A stretch of 64,000 nucleotides of DNA from Leucoraja erinacea (GCF_028641065.1 NC_073384.1:17050001-17114000); one strand, 5' to 3'; numbered from the stretch's first letter, positions 24,290-37,553 are shown. A program made the numbers and translations. The notes: a model not told the origin generated them from the sequence alone.

Positions 24290-25332
24290 TAGGTATGTTA
24301 CAAAACTTACCTTCAGCGGCGCTGCAGTTCTGCCACTGGCTGTGTGTGCGACTTTGGCACCTTTGAGAGGGGGGCAGGATTAAAATACCATTTTCTTCTG
24401 CCTGTCGGAGTTGATCTTTCTCAGCCTGTTCAGCTGCTGCAGAAAAATCGCTCCGACTTCCGTTCTCTGAAGTTGTTTTAAAACATCGCTGGACAATTTA
24501 ATGGGTGGAGTAAAATAAAAATCGACTTCTAACGCCGCCAATGCGGACAACAGGACGGATCTCCCGTACAGGACAAATAAACGTAAGCCATTTATTTTAC
24601 ATATAAACTTGCTTCTTAGGATTACTTTAATCCAAACTTTACGTTGTGAAAAGGTGATTTAGGCCCCATACAAAACAGCAGTGGTTTTCCTGCCGATATG
24701 GGGTTTAAATTCACCGCAAACCGCAACGTTCCAAACAATCGCGTTCCACAAAAATCCACTCGCAAGATGATTTAATAGGCCATTAATTTATGGGAATTAA
24801 ACACTAAATTCCTTCCATTTGGCCTATAAATTCATGACAATGAGATTTAAAAATCATGTTATATTGTGAGTTCTTGTGTGAATGTTATTTGGACACCTGG
24901 GCTATTTAAAAAAGTTAACCTTTTCTTAAGAAATGGATAGATGTTTAGATCTAGTAATTGAATTTTATAATTAGCTACAATTAGGTAACTAACTAAATAT
25001 ATGCTTTAATTTCAGGACATCCAAGTAAGATTGTTTCATATTTGTTTCAGAATGCTTCAATCTGTAATAACTGAAAATTTCATTCAGTTCTCTTAATTTT
25101 TAAGAAAGTTATGGGCTTTTGAGTGTCCTTGATCACAGCTTTCGAGTTAAGTCAATGGAAAAGCAATAGGGAACAATATGCTAATTTCTGAGTATGAAAA
25201 TGGCCATAACCTTTTTAATACTGAAGATATGAAAGTAAATTAGGTGTCAAATTAAACATATTTTTATGCTTTATCTGATGGGATAAATTTCAGACTTGAT
25301 TTTTAAAATCTCAAAATTTTGTAACTTTGCTA
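24290..25332. mobile_element. Non-autonomous DNA transposon with TAGGTATGTTACAAAA-type TIRs; truncated second copy at about 60586-60875
   Basis: Left TAGGTATGTTACAAAA, right TTTTGTAACTTTGCTA, flanks CCTTGCC/TCTTGCC (7-8-bp TSD). The host LINE sequence resumes across it. Confidence 0.75.
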
Positions 25333-26224
25333 TCTTGCCCATCTCCTGTGACTCCACACAGAATTGACCACTACATACAGAATTGATCCTGAGGGGTCCC
25401 ACACTTTTGCTGGTTACCCTTTTTCCTTTTATGTGCTTTTAATATCTCTTGGGATTATTCTTAGTGCTGTATACCAGAGCCATCTCCTGTCCCCTTTTTG
25501 CCCTTCAGATTTCCCTTATTAGCTTAGTTCCCGAAACTCCTACCGGGATACACTTGATCCCAGCTGCCTAGATCTGTCCAATGCATTTTTCTTCAAACTC
25601 CTGACCATTACAAAAGTACTCTTGACCATATAAAAAAATTGGGACATCATGATATTTCTGTACAAATTATTAGTGAGACCACACTTGGAATACTGTGTGT
25701 AGTTCCAGTCGCTAGTTATTGGAAAGATGTCACAACGTTGGAGAAGGTGCAGAAGATTCACCAGGATTTTACTGATCCTTGCCGGTCTAAGTTATAAAGT
25801 GAAGCTGGATTGGCTGTGACCTTTTTCCTTTGGAGCATAGGAAACTGAAGGGTGATTGGCTTAAGGGTGAGATTTCTGAAGTATGTAAAATGACACGAGG
25901 CATGGATAAGGTGAACACACAGTTTATTTCCCCATGGTACAGATTGTAAAACTCGAGGACATTGGCTTAAGGTGAGAGGGGTGATATTTAAGAGAGAGCA
26001 CAATGCAACATTTCACTCAGCCCTCTCCTATATTATCTTAAAAATAGCGTCACAGTTTAAGCTGCATGTTTATTAGAAAGCAGCAACATCTATATTCAAG
26101 CAATTGAACAATTTGAACAATCAATACAATATTTTAAAGCAGTAAACAATAACGAGGAAGTCTATACAACCATTGGAAAGTCTCCATATACTTGATTGTC
26201 TTTAAATTTTTATCTTACGAAGGT

Positions 26225-27148
26225 GAAGGGGGCGCTGTTCTGGCGGCAGCCATGGCAGCAGCGCGTCAGCCTTTCAATTTTATTTTTTATTTTTAGTATG
26301 TTTTAAAGTGTGTATTTAGTGGGGTTTTTTGTGTTTTGTGTGGGGGGTGGTGTGGGTGGTGTAAGGGGGAAACCGCTTCGGTCGCCTCCTCCATGGAGAG
26401 GCGACTTTTTCCAGGTCGCCTCCCCCGTGGCCTACCATCAAGGATCGGCGAGGTCTTTCCCGGAGACGTGCCCGGGGCTTCAGCAGCAGGCGCAGTGTGG
26501 ACTCGGCATGGAGCGGGTGAGCCCTCGCTGGGGCTCGCCGGAGGGCAGTGCTCCGTTTCACTGGCCCGGGGCAGCCGGCAGCCTGAAGTCGCAGCCTGAA
26601 GCCGCGGTCTGCAGAGTTCCAGCTGCTGCGGCGTCTACAGCCCGGGATCCCTCGTGGGGGACCCGGGGGAAGAAGAAGCCGTCATTGCCGGCCCGCGGAT
26701 AACTTCTACCGCGGGGCCAGCATGGACTTACCATCACCCCTGGAGGGGAGCTTCGACCGCCGGCCCTGCAGTCTACGGTGCTTCTGGCTGCGGCGGGGTC
26801 TTTAAATCTCAACCGCCGACCTGCGGCCTACACAATCTTGAAGCCGCGGTCTCCGGTGAGGAAAGACCGGTCCTGGACTGGACTCTGGACTCTGGTCTTG
26901 ACCACGGGGGGGGGGGGAATGGAGGAGGACGGCCAAAATTTTTTTGTGCCTTCCACCACAGTGATGAATGCTGTGGTGGATGTTTATGTAACATGTTGTG
27001 TCCTGTTTATGCATTTTATTATTTTGTTAACCCATCTTTATGCTTTGTATGGAACTGATTTTTAAATTATGTAAAGCACTTTGGGGTCAATGAAAATTGA
27101 CTATAAATGTGCTATATAAATAAATTTATTATTATTATTATTATTATT
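26225..27148 (+). mobile_element. GC-rich, about 0.9-kb non-autonomous retroposon-like repeat with (ATT)n tail
   Basis: Clearly homologous inverted copy at about 36405-37342. AATAAA followed by (ATT)n at the 3' end. Confidence 0.7.
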
Positions 27149-27306
27149 ACTTTGGGAAGCAACTAACTAGCTGATACATGCCATCCAATCAACCAGCTTC
27201 AATGTAGATACCACTTATTTTTCCTATACTTCTATCAATGGGAGAATGATAAGGAAAGGGATGTTTTTTCTTGTTGCACATATCCCAAATGTCCCTTCTA
27301 ATAAAC

Positions 27307-27535
27307 CAGGGCTGTCTTAACATCATTCTAGGCCCCTGGGCAAAGCAGTGCCCTGGGGCCTCTACATTTCCAGTTTCTTTATTCTGAATCAAATATGGCG
27401 TCATGCACTTGCGATGTTTTTCTCTGTTTTCATGTTCTACAATAACATTCTACAATACATAGATTAGCATGTGGCCCCTGTGCTCGTGAGGCCCCGGACA
27501 ACTGCCCAGCGTGCCCATGTGTTAAGACGGCCCTG
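27307..27535. mobile_element. hAT-type MITE
   Basis: TIRs CAGGGCTGTCTTAAC / GTTAAGACGGCCCTG and 8-bp TSD TAATAAAC/TAATAAAT. Confidence 0.85.
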
Positions 27536-27581
27536 TAATAAATGTCTCTTGGGTCATACATAAAGCGAATGGAACCTCTGG

Positions 27582-27809
27582 CACAGAGGCCCAGGGAGCC
27601 GTTGGAGCGAGAGGAGGAGTTACCTGGGCGGTTAGTTAAAAATCGAGCTTGGGGCTTGCTTTCACAGAGGCCCGAGGAGCCGTTGGAGCAAGAGAAGGAG
27701 TTAGCTGGGCGATGAGTTAAAAATCGAGCTTGGGGCTTGCTTTCGCAGAGGCCCGAGGAGCCGTTGGAGCAAGAGGAGGAGTTACCTGGGCGATGAGTTA
27801 AAAATCGAG
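27582..27809 (+). repeat. About 2.8 copies of an 81-bp tandem repeat at the CR1 5' end
   Basis: Units start at 27582, 27663 and 27744 (CACAGAGGCCC..GGAGCCGTTGGAGC...AAAATCGAG). Confidence 0.9.
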
Positions 27810-29799
27810 TGCGAGGAGGAGTTACCCGATCTGCAGCGTTCCATCACACTTCCAGAGAAGGGGTCTGGTGGAAGCCTCTGATTGGTGGAAGCGGACCAGA
27901 GGAAGCAGCTGATTGGGTGCAACCCCAGGTTTGCCTTTCTGCTTTCAGGTTAAGGGTACAGTATTTATTAGTAAAGGTACAGTTTAAAGGATAAAGATTT
28001 TTATAGTGTGAGGGAGTTGATTTAATTTGGGGGTAAGCCATGTCAGTGGAGATTGACCCCGTGGTTTACTCAGTCTGCAACATGTGGGAGATCAGGGATA
28101 TGGTTGGTGTCCCTGGTGACTACGTTTGCAGGAAGTGTGTACAGCTGCAGCTCCTGGCAGACCACATTGAACGATTGGAACTGTGGCTGGATTCATACTA
28201 GAGCATCCACGATGCTGAGAAAGCCGTGGATAGCACGTACAGTGAGTTGGTCACACCGCAGGTAAAAGGTAAGAGGACAGAAAGGGAACGGGTGGCCACT
28301 AGCCAGCGTAGCAGTAGGCAGGTAGTGCAGGAGTCCCCTGCGGTTATCTCCCTCCTAAACAGGTATACCATTTTGGAAACTGTTGGGGGATATGGCTCAT
28401 CAGGGGAATGCAGCAGCAGCCAAGTTTATGGCACCATGGGTGGCTCTGCGGCACAGAAGGGGAGAAAAAAGAGTGGAAGGGCAATAGCAATTGGGGATTC
28501 AATTGTAAGGGGAATAGATAGGTGTTTCTGCGGCCGCAAATGAGACTCCAGGATGGTATGTTGCCTCCCTGGTGCAAGGGTCAGGGATGTCACTGAATGG
28601 CTGCAGAACAGTCTGGAGGGGGAGGGTGAACAGCCAGTTGTCATGGTGCACATTGGCACTAACGATATTGGAAAAAAAGGGATGAGGTCCTACAAGGTGA
28701 ATTTAGGGAGCTAGGAGATAAACTTAAAAGTAGGGCCTCGAAGGTAATAATCTCTGTATTACTACCAGTGCCACGGGCTAGTCAGAGTAGAAATAGGAGG
28801 ATATTGCAGATGAATACGTGACTTGAAAAATGGTGCAGGGGGGGGGCATTCAAATTTCTAGGGCATTGGATCCAGTTCTGGGGGAGGTAGGACCAGTACA
28901 AACAGGACGGTCTGCACCTGGGTGGAACGGAACCAATGTCCTTGGGGGAGTGTTTGCTAGTGCTGTCGGGGAGGATTTAAACTAATGTGGTGGGAGGACG
29001 GGTGCAAGAGCAGAGAGACAGAGTGGTGTAAAATGAGGGTAGAAGCAATAGTGAAAAGTAAAAATGGCAGTCAGACAAATCCAGGGCAAAAATCAAAAAG
29101 GGCCACTTTTCAACATAATTGTATAAGGGGTAAGAGTGTTGTAAAAACAAGCCTGAATGCTTTGTTTCTTAATGCAAGGAGCATTCGTAATAAGGTGGAT
29201 GAGTTGAATGTGCAGATAGTTATTAATGAATATGATATAGTTGGGATCACGGAGACATGGCTCCAGGGTGACCAAGGCTGGGAGATGAACATCCAGGGAT
29301 ATTCAATATTCAGGAGGGATAGACAGAAAGGAAAAGGAGGCGGGGTAGTGTTGCTGGTTAGAGAGGAGATTAATGCAATAGAAAGGAAGGACATTAGCTT
29401 GCAGGATGTGGAATCGATATGGGCAGAGCTTCGAAACACTAAGGGGCAGAAAACACTAGTGGGAGTTGTGTACAGGCCACCTAACAGTAGTAGTGGAATT
29501 GGGGATGGCATCAAACAGGAAATTAGAAATGCGTGCATCAAAAGTAAAACAATTATAATGGGTGACTTCAATCTACATATAAATTGGGTGAATCAAATTG
29601 GCAGGGGTGCTGAGGAAGATGATTTCTTGGAATGTATGCGGGACAGTTTTCTAAACCAACATGTAGTGGAACCAACGAGAGAACAGGCTATTCTCGACTG
29701 GGTATTGAGTAATGAGGAAGAGTTAGTTAGCAGTCTTGTTGTGCGTGGCCCCTTGGGCAAGAGGAACCTTATGATTATATGATAATATGGCTGAGTTCT

Positions 29800-30008
29800 T
29801 GTAGATGAGATATGCATGTGCCTTTAATATAGTTACCTCATCACTACTAACCACTCTCCATATCACAAGTATAATTACAACCTCCCCACCCACATATCGC
29901 TCTCTAGTTTACGTGACAGACCACGTACAGCTAGTGCTCTCTTTATAAAATACAGTATGAATAAAATGAAGTAAAGTTACAGTGTGTCGCTATCACTTCT
30001 TTACTACT
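29800..30008 (+). mobile_element. Solo LTR related to the LTR at 62945-63162, inserted in CR1 ORF2
   Basis: Starts TGTAGATG and shares ACCTCATCAC and AATAAA...TACAGTGTGTC with 62945-63162. CR1 sequence resumes at about 30008. Confidence 0.75.
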
Positions 30009-32230
30009 TCATTAGGATGGAGAGTAACATTGATAATTCAGAAACAAGGGTCCTGAACTTAAAGAAAGGTGACTATGAGGGTATGAGACGTGAATTGGCC
30101 AAGATAAACTGGCAATTGATTCTTAAAGGGTTGACGGTGGATATGCAATGGAAGGCATTTAAAAACTGCATGGATGAACTACAACAATTCTTCATCCCAG
30201 TTTGGAAAAATAATAAATCAGGGAAGGTAGTGCATCCGTGGACAACAAGGGAAATCAAAACAAAAGATGAAGCGTACAAATTAGCCAGAGGACTGGGAGA
30301 AATTCAGTCCAGCAGAGGAGGACAAAAGGCTTAATTACAAACGGTAAATTGATTTTGAAAGAAAACTGGCAGGGAACATAAAAACTGACTGCAAAAGTTT
30401 TTATAGATATGTGAAGAGGAAAAGATTAGTTAAAACAAATGTAGGTCCCTTGCAGTCAGAAACAGGTGGATTGATCATGAGGAACAAGGACATGGCAGCC
30501 CAATTGAATAACTGCTTTGGTTCTGTCTTCACTAAGGAAGACGTAAATAATCTGCCGGAAATAGCAAGGGACCGGGGGTTGAATGAGATGGAGGAACTGA
30601 GTGAAATCCAGGTTAGCCGGGAAGTGGTGTTAGGTGAAGTGAATGGATTAAAGGCCGATAAATCCCCAGGGCCAGATAAGTTGCAGCCCAGAGTACTTAA
30701 GGAAGTAGCCGCAGAAATAGTGGATGCATTAGTGATAATTTTTGAAAACTCTTTAGATCTGGAGTAGTTCCTGAGGACTGGAGGGTAGCTAATGTAACCC
30801 CACTTTTTAAACAGGGAGAGAGAGAGAAAACGGGGATTTACAGACCAGTTAGTCTAACATCGGTGGTGGGGAAAATTCTGGAGTCAGTTATTAAAGATGG
30901 GATAGCAGCACATTTGGAAAGTGGTGAATTCATTGGACAAAGTCAGCATGGATTTATGAAAAGTAAATCATGTCTGACGAATCTTATAGAATTTTTCGAG
31001 GATGTAATTAGTAGAGTGGATAAGGGAGAACCAGTGGATGTGTTATATCTGGACTTCCAGAAGGCTTTCGACAAGGTCCCACATAAGAGCTTAGTATGCA
31101 AACTTAAAGCACACGTTATTGGGGGTTCAGTATTGATGTGGATAGAGAACTGGCTGGCAGACAGGAAGCAAAGAGTAGAAGTAAACGGGCCCTTTTCTGA
31201 ATGGCAGGCAGTGACTAGTGGGGTACCGCAAGGCTCAGTGCTGGGACCCCAGCTATTTACAATATATATTAATGATCTGGATGAGGGAATTGAATGCAAC
31301 ATCTCCAAGTTTGCAGAAGACACGAAGCTGGGGGACAGTGTTAGCTGTGAGGAGGATGCTAGGAGGCTGCAAGGTGACTTGGATAGGTTGGGTGAGTGGG
31401 CAAATGCATGGCAGATGCAGTATAATGTGGATAAATGTGAGGTTATCCACTTTCGTGGCAAAAACAGGAAAGTAGACTATTATCTGAATGGTGGCCAATT
31501 AGGAAAAGGGGAGATGCAACGAGACCTGGGTGGCATGGTACACCAGTCATTGAAAGTAGGCATGCAGGTGCAGCAGGCAGTGAAGAAAGCAAATGGTATG
31601 TTAGCATTCATAGCAAAAGGATTTGAGTATAAGAGCAGGGAGGTTCTACTGCAGTTGTACAGCGTCTTGGTGTGACCACACCTGGAGTATTGCGTACAGT
31701 TTTGGTCTCCTAATCTGAGGAAAGACATTCTTGCCATAGAGGGAGTACAGAGAAGGTTCACCAGACTGATTCCTGGGATGTCAGGACTTTCACGTGAAGA
31801 AAGACTGGATAGACTTGGCTTGTAAACGCTAGAATTTAGAAGATTGAGGGGGGATCTTAAATGTACAAAATTCTTAAGGGGTTGGACAGGCTAGATGCAG
31901 GAGGATTATTCCCAGTTGGGGAAGTCCAGAACTAGGGGTCACAATTTAAGGATAAAAGGGAAGTCTTTTAGGACCGAGATGAGAAAATCATTTTTTACAC
32001 AGAGAGTGGTGAATCTCTGGAATTCTCTGCCACAGAAGGTGGTTGATGGCCAGTTCATTGGTTATATTTAAGAGGGAATTAGATGTGGCCCTTGTGGCTA
32101 AAGGGATCAGGGGGTATGGAGAGAAGGCAGGGATTGGTAACTGAGTTGGATGATCAGCCATGGTCATATTGAATGACGGTGCAGGCTCGAAGGGCCGAAT
32201 GGCCGACTCCTGCACCTATTTTCTATGTTT

Positions 32231-32338
32231 CTATACCTTTAGATGTCTGACGTGTCTGCCTGTGCAGATATCATCCAATCTTCCGTCATCTAAACGAGGA
32301 CACTGAGACAGTTCAGCTGTGGGATGCTTATTTGCTTC
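32231..32338 (-). CDS. Candidate terminal exon of gene B (EANKHPTAELSQCPRLDDGRLDDICTGRHVRHLKV*)
   Basis: Acceptor ttttctttaaacag|GAA at a position homologous to the gene A candidate (16674). The stop falls at the junction with the CR1 3' tail. Weakly supported. Confidence 0.3.
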   Translation of the reverse strand, partial: EANKHPTAELSQCPRLDDGRLDDICTGRHVRHLKV

Positions 32339-32889
32339 CTGTTTAAAGAAAATTAAACAAAACCCAGTTACACAAAGCAAAATGGTGAAGAATGCATGTC
32401 TGAAGGGTCATCTGTTCATGTTGTCCAGAGATGCTGCCCGACCCCCAGTGATAATACAGCACTTTCTGTGCTTCAATGCACGAGTTCAAATCAGTTCCAG
32501 TCATTGCCCGAACTGTTCCGTTGAGTGTCTGAACACAGGCCCAATCTATGGTATGTATCTCTGTTCTCGAATAATGTTGAGCCCCATGGGATCTTAAAGT
32601 CACAGTCACAGTCATGGTCACAGAGCTATATAGCATGGACTGGGCTTAAGCCCACCTTGTCCATGTCATCCAAGTTGTCATTCTGGGCTAATTCCACTTA
32701 CCTGCATTTGGCCCTCTCAACCCTTCCTATTCAAATATCACTTTATCCATGTCCCTCATCATCTTGAACACCACAATAAGACCGACAACCCCACAGACTC
32801 CTATGCTCCAAATATGAAAGTTCCAGCCAATGCACCTCTCCTTCGAGATTTGCCGCCCGACCAAGTTGCTGCTCTCTGCCCAGCATAGT

Positions 32890-33710
32890 CAGGTGAATTC
32901 CCGGGATGGCAGAACTGACATATGATGAAAGAATGGATTGACTGGGCTTATATTCACTGGAATCTAGAAGGATGTGAGGGAATCTTATAGAAACATATAC
33001 AATTCTTAAAGGATAGGACAGGTTAGATGCAGGAAAAATGTTCCTGGTGTTGGGGGAGTCCAGAACCAGGGGTCACAGTTTCAGAATAAGGGGTAGGCCA
33101 TTTAGGACTGATCTGAGGGGGTGGAAGATTGCGACCTTCACGTGGTCCGCCCTGTTTCGACAAATGCAATCAAGCCGGCATGCACAATCAAATAAGATCA
33201 ATAGAACAAGTTCTTGCCATAGAGGTAGTACAGAGAAGGTTCACCAGACTGATTCCTGGGATGGCAGGAGTTTCATATGAAGAAAGACTGGATAGACTTG
33301 GCTTGAAGTCGCTAGAATTTAGAAGATTGAGGGTGATCTTAAAGAAACTTACAAAATTCTTAAGGGGTTGGACAGGCTAGATGCAGGAAGATTGTTCCCA
33401 ATGTTGCCAAAGGATCCCAAAATTCCCCAGTTTAAGGATAAGGGGGAAGTCTTTTAGGACCGAGATGAGAACATTTTTTTTCACACAAAGAGTGGTGAAT
33501 CTGTGGAATTCTCTGTCACAAAAAGTAGTTGAGGCCAGTTCATTGGCTACATTTAAGAGGGAGTTAGATGTGGCCCTTGTGGCTAAAAGGATCAGGGGGT
33601 ATGGAGGGAAGGCAGGTACAGGATACTGAGTTGGATGATTAGCCATGATCATATTGAATGGCGGTGCAGGCTCGAAGGGCCGAATGGCCTACTCCCACAC
33701 CTATTTTCCA
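32890..33710 (+). mobile_element. CR1 3' fragments (two, tandem), with a short repeat at about 33117-33210
   Basis: VQRRFTRLIPGM and FFTQRVVNLWNSL motifs. Confidence 0.85.
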
Positions 33711-35807
33711 CAGCGCATTCCGAAAGTATTCAGACCCATTCACTTTTTCCACATTTTGTTATGTTACAGCCTTATTTTAAAATGGAGTAAATTCATTTTT
33801 TTCATCATCAATCTACACACAATACCCCAGAACGAAGAAGCAAAAACTGGTGTTTAGAAATTTTTGCAAAGTATTTAAAAATAAATAACTGAAATATCAC
33901 ATTTACATAAGTATTTAGACCCTTTGCTTTGACACCCAAAATTGAGCATAGGTTCATCCTGTTTCCATTGATTATCCTTGGGATGTTTCTACAACTTGAT
34001 TAGAGTCCATCAGTGGTAAATTAAATTGATTGGACATGATTTGGAAAGGCACACACCTGTCTATATAAGGTCCCCCAGTTGACAGTACTTCAGAGCAAAA
34101 ACCAAGCCATGAAGATGAAGGAATTGTCCGTAGACCTCCGAGACAGAACTGTGTCGAGACACAATAGACAATAGACAATATGTGCTGGAGAAGGCCATTA
34201 GGCCCTTCGAGCCAGTACCACCATTCAATGTGATCATGGCTGATCATCCCCAATCAGTAGCCCATTCCTGCTTTCTCCCCACATCCCCTATCTAGCTCTC
34301 ACTTGAAACCAGCCAGAGAACCTGCCTCCACCTGAGGCAGAGAATTCCACAGACTCACCACTGTCTGTGAGAAAAAGAGTTTTCTCGTCTCCGTTCTAAA
34401 TGGCTTACTCCTTATTCTTAAAGATCTGGGAAGGGTATAAAATAATCTCTGCAGCATTGCAGGTCCCGAAGAGCACAGTGGCCTCAGTCATTCTTAACTT
34501 TGGAACCACCAGGACTCTTCTGCCACAGAGGGTAGTTGAGGCCAGTTCATCTGCCACAGAGGGTAGTTGAGACCAGTTCATTGGCTATATTTAAGAGGGA
34601 GTTAGATGTGGCCCTTGTGGCTAAGGGGATCAGGGGGTATGGAGAGAAGGCAGGTACGGGATACTGAGTTGGATGATCAGCCATGATCATATTGAATGGC
34701 GGTGCAGGCTCGAAGGGCCGAATGGCCTACTCCTGCACCTAATTTCTATGTTTCTATGTTTCTATGTTTCATAGAGCTGGCTGCCCGGCCAAACTGAGCA
34801 ATCGGGTGAGAAGAGCCTTGGTCAGGGAGGTGACCAAGAACCCGATGGTCACTCTGACAGATCCCCAGACTTCCTCTGTGGAGATGGAAGAACCTTCCAG
34901 AAGGACAACTATATCTGCAACATTCCACCAATATGATAGATTGGTCAGACGGAAGCCACTCCTCAGTAAAACGCACATGACAGCCCGCTTGGAGTTTGCC
35001 AAAAGGCATGAGAAACAAGATTCTCTGGTCCGATGAAACCAAGATTGAACTCTTTGGCCTGAATGCCACGCATCATGTCTGGAGGAAACCAGGCTCCGCT
35101 CATCACCTGCCCAATATCATACCTACCGTGAAGTATGGTGGTGGCAGCATCATACTGTGGGGATGTTTTTTAGCGGCAGGAACTGGGAGACTATTCAGGA
35201 TCGAGGGAAAGATGTATGGAACAAAGTACAGAGATTTCTTTGATGAAAACCTGCTCCACAGCGTCCTGGACCTCAGACTGGGGCGGAGGTTTACCTTTGA
35301 ACAGGACAACAACCCCAAGCACACAGCCAAGACAACGCAGGAGTGGCTTCGTGACAAGCCTGTGAATGTCCTTGAGTCGCCCAACCAGAGCCCGGACTTG
35401 AACCCGATCGAACATCTCTGGAGAGACCTGAAAATAGCTGTGTACCGATGCTCCCCATCCAACCTGACAGAGCTTGAGAGGATCTGCAGAGAATAATGGG
35501 AGAAATTATCCAAATACATGTGTGCCAAGCTTGGAGCGTCATACCCAAGAAGACATGGCTGTAATCGCTGCCAAAGGTGCCTCAACAAAGTACTAAAGGA
35601 TCTGAATACTTATGTATTGTGATGTTTCAGTTATTTCTTTTCAATTACTTTGCAAATTTTTCTAAACACCTGCTTTTGCTTTTTTATTATGGGATATTGT
35701 GTGTAGATTGATGATAAAGAAATGAATTTAATCCAGTTTAGAATAAGGCTGTCACACAACAACATGTGGAAAAAGTGAAGGGTTCTGAATACTTTCTGAA
35801 TGCACTG
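33711..35807 (+). mobile_element. Tc1-like DD34E transposon, defective, with two nested CR1 3' ends (about 34163-34422 minus, 34519-34770 plus)
   Basis: TIRs CAGCGCATTCCGAAAGTATTCAGACCC / GAATACTTTCTGAATGCACTG-TA. WSDETK...QDNNPKH...PDLNPIE with 34 residues between D and E. Confidence 0.93.
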
Positions 35808-36404
35808 TATGCACTTTCTATGTTCTATGTTCTATGTTTCTATAGAGAACCCATTAAAATCGAGAACACTTCAGTAAGACCCCACTTTCACCACAATACT
35901 GAAGGCAACTTAAGTCTTGTAACTTTTGCCCAAAAAAATTAACCCTGCTTCACCCTGACGGTAATTAAGGTAAGAATGAGGTTGAGTTCTTGCTTAGTGA
36001 CAGATGCCCTCTCTCTGATGTCATTGTGACCAATCACTGAAGGATGTGGTCAGGGAATGCGAGTTTCATCTTGATCACTATCGTCTAATCCCCAACAATT
36101 CACGGAACAGCTTTTGTTAGAAATGTCAGAGACAATATCTGAAACCACGATGGGATAATGAATTAGAAATTGACTTGCTCTGGATCTTTTCACCCGGATT
36201 AAATACTCAGTGTTACCAGGATTCCAAGGCTGTGTGTTCATAGCCAGTTAATCCTACTCCGTGATGGGTGTTAATTTACTCTCTGAACCAAACATGTAGT
36301 CAGACTGAACTCCTGTCGGCCCATCTGCACGCTAGTCATTCTTGCCTGAAACCTCAACCTTTCTGCAGCAGTTGACAGATATCACATGGTGCAGATGCGT
36401 CATA

Positions 36405-37342
36405 CAACAATACAACAATACAATACGGTTTATTTGTCACATTGCACATAAAGTGCAAGTGAAATGAATATGTCAGCAGCGGTACAATGATAAAAAACAC
36501 ACACAAAAACACAATAAAAATTTAACATAAACATCCATCACAGCATTCATCACTGTGGTGGAAGGCACACAATTTGTCCAGTCCTCCTCCAATTTCCCCC
36601 GTGGTCGCGACCTCAACCCTCCGCAGCCGTCGCTGCGGGCGTCCAGATGGTAAAAGGACAAGGTACAAGTCCAGGTAAGTCCAGGATCGGCTCTTCCCCA
36701 CCGGAGACCACGGCTTTTTAGTTGGTGTAGGCTGCAGGCCGGCGGTCGAGATTTAAAGTTTAAAGTTCCCGCCGCGCCTCACCCAGAAGCACCGCAGACT
36801 GCAGGGCTGGCGATCGAAGCTCCCCTCCAGGGGTGATGGTAAGTGGCCACTGCGCCCGCGGTAGAAGTTGGCCACGGGCCGGCAGTGATGGCTTCTTCTT
36901 CCCCCGGGTCCCCCATGAGGGAGGCTGTAGTCGCCGCACCAGCTGGAGCTTTGCAGACCGCGCGCGGCTTCAGGCTGCCGGCTGCCCCGGACCAGTGAAA
37001 CGGAGCGCTCCCCTCCAGCGAACCTCAGCGAGCCCCAGCGAGGGCTCACCCGCTCCACGCCGAGGGTCCATGCTGCGCCCGCCGCTGAAGCCCCGGGCGC
37101 GTCTCCGGGAAAGGCCGCGCCGATCCTTGCTGTTAGGCCACGGGGGAGGCAACCTGGAAAAAGTCGCCTCTCCATGGAGGAGGCGGCTGAAACGGTTTCA
37201 CCCTCACCCCCCCACACCACCCTCCACACAAAACACACAAAGAAACATTAAAAACACACTTTAAAATATACTAAAAAAAATTTAAAAAGTTGAAAAAACT
37301 AACGCGCTGCTGACAGGGCTGCCGCCATTGCAGCGCCCCCAC
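36405..37342 (-). mobile_element. Second copy of the GC-rich retroposon-like repeat, with a (TTGTA)n-type tail
   Basis: Homologous to 26225-27148. Absent at the paralogous site in gene A (about 13118); possible ATGAC TSD. Confidence 0.7.
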
Positions 37343-37511
37343 CGATAGTAGTCATTGTCAACAGTTACTGGAACGTACCTTCGAGATGACCGTAGATGGA
37401 CTGAGTGGGTCTTTGTAAATCCTAGCAGAAAACACAGAAATGTTGGAAACAGCAACTTAGCAACTCGAGCTCATCGAAACGCTTCAACGTCTTAAATTGT
37501 ACTTTTCTTAC

Positions 37512-37553
37512 CATGTAGATGGCGTTTGGATCTGCCTGGTGATCTCCTGAATT
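37512..37553 (-). CDS. Gene B cytoplasmic exon 2 (NSGDHQADPNAIYM)
   Basis: Acceptor gttgtgttgtag|AAT, donor ATG|gtaaga, 42 nt, phase 0-0. Differs from paralog 12923-12964 at 1 nt. Confidence 0.8.

Larger units (their letters stand above)
27582..32234 (+). mobile_element. Near full-length CR1 LINE, defective
   Basis: ORF1 from ATG 28040 (CRKC zinc finger, leucine zipper, esterase IGDSIVRG). ORF2 has APE (NARSIRNK, GITETWL, GDFN) and RT (YLDFQKAFDKVPH, GVPQGSVLGP, KFAEDTK). TTCTATGT tail; several stops and frameshifts. Confidence 0.95.

Noticed and set aside
27582-27809. CRISPR-like array
   Set aside because: Contiguous 81-bp tandem units with no unique spacers, in eukaryotic LINE context.
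20429-35807. Inverted Tc1 pair as arms of the gene duplication
   Set aside because: Different flanks (SINE vs CR1 tail) and non-equivalent positions relative to the paralogous introns indicate independent insertions.
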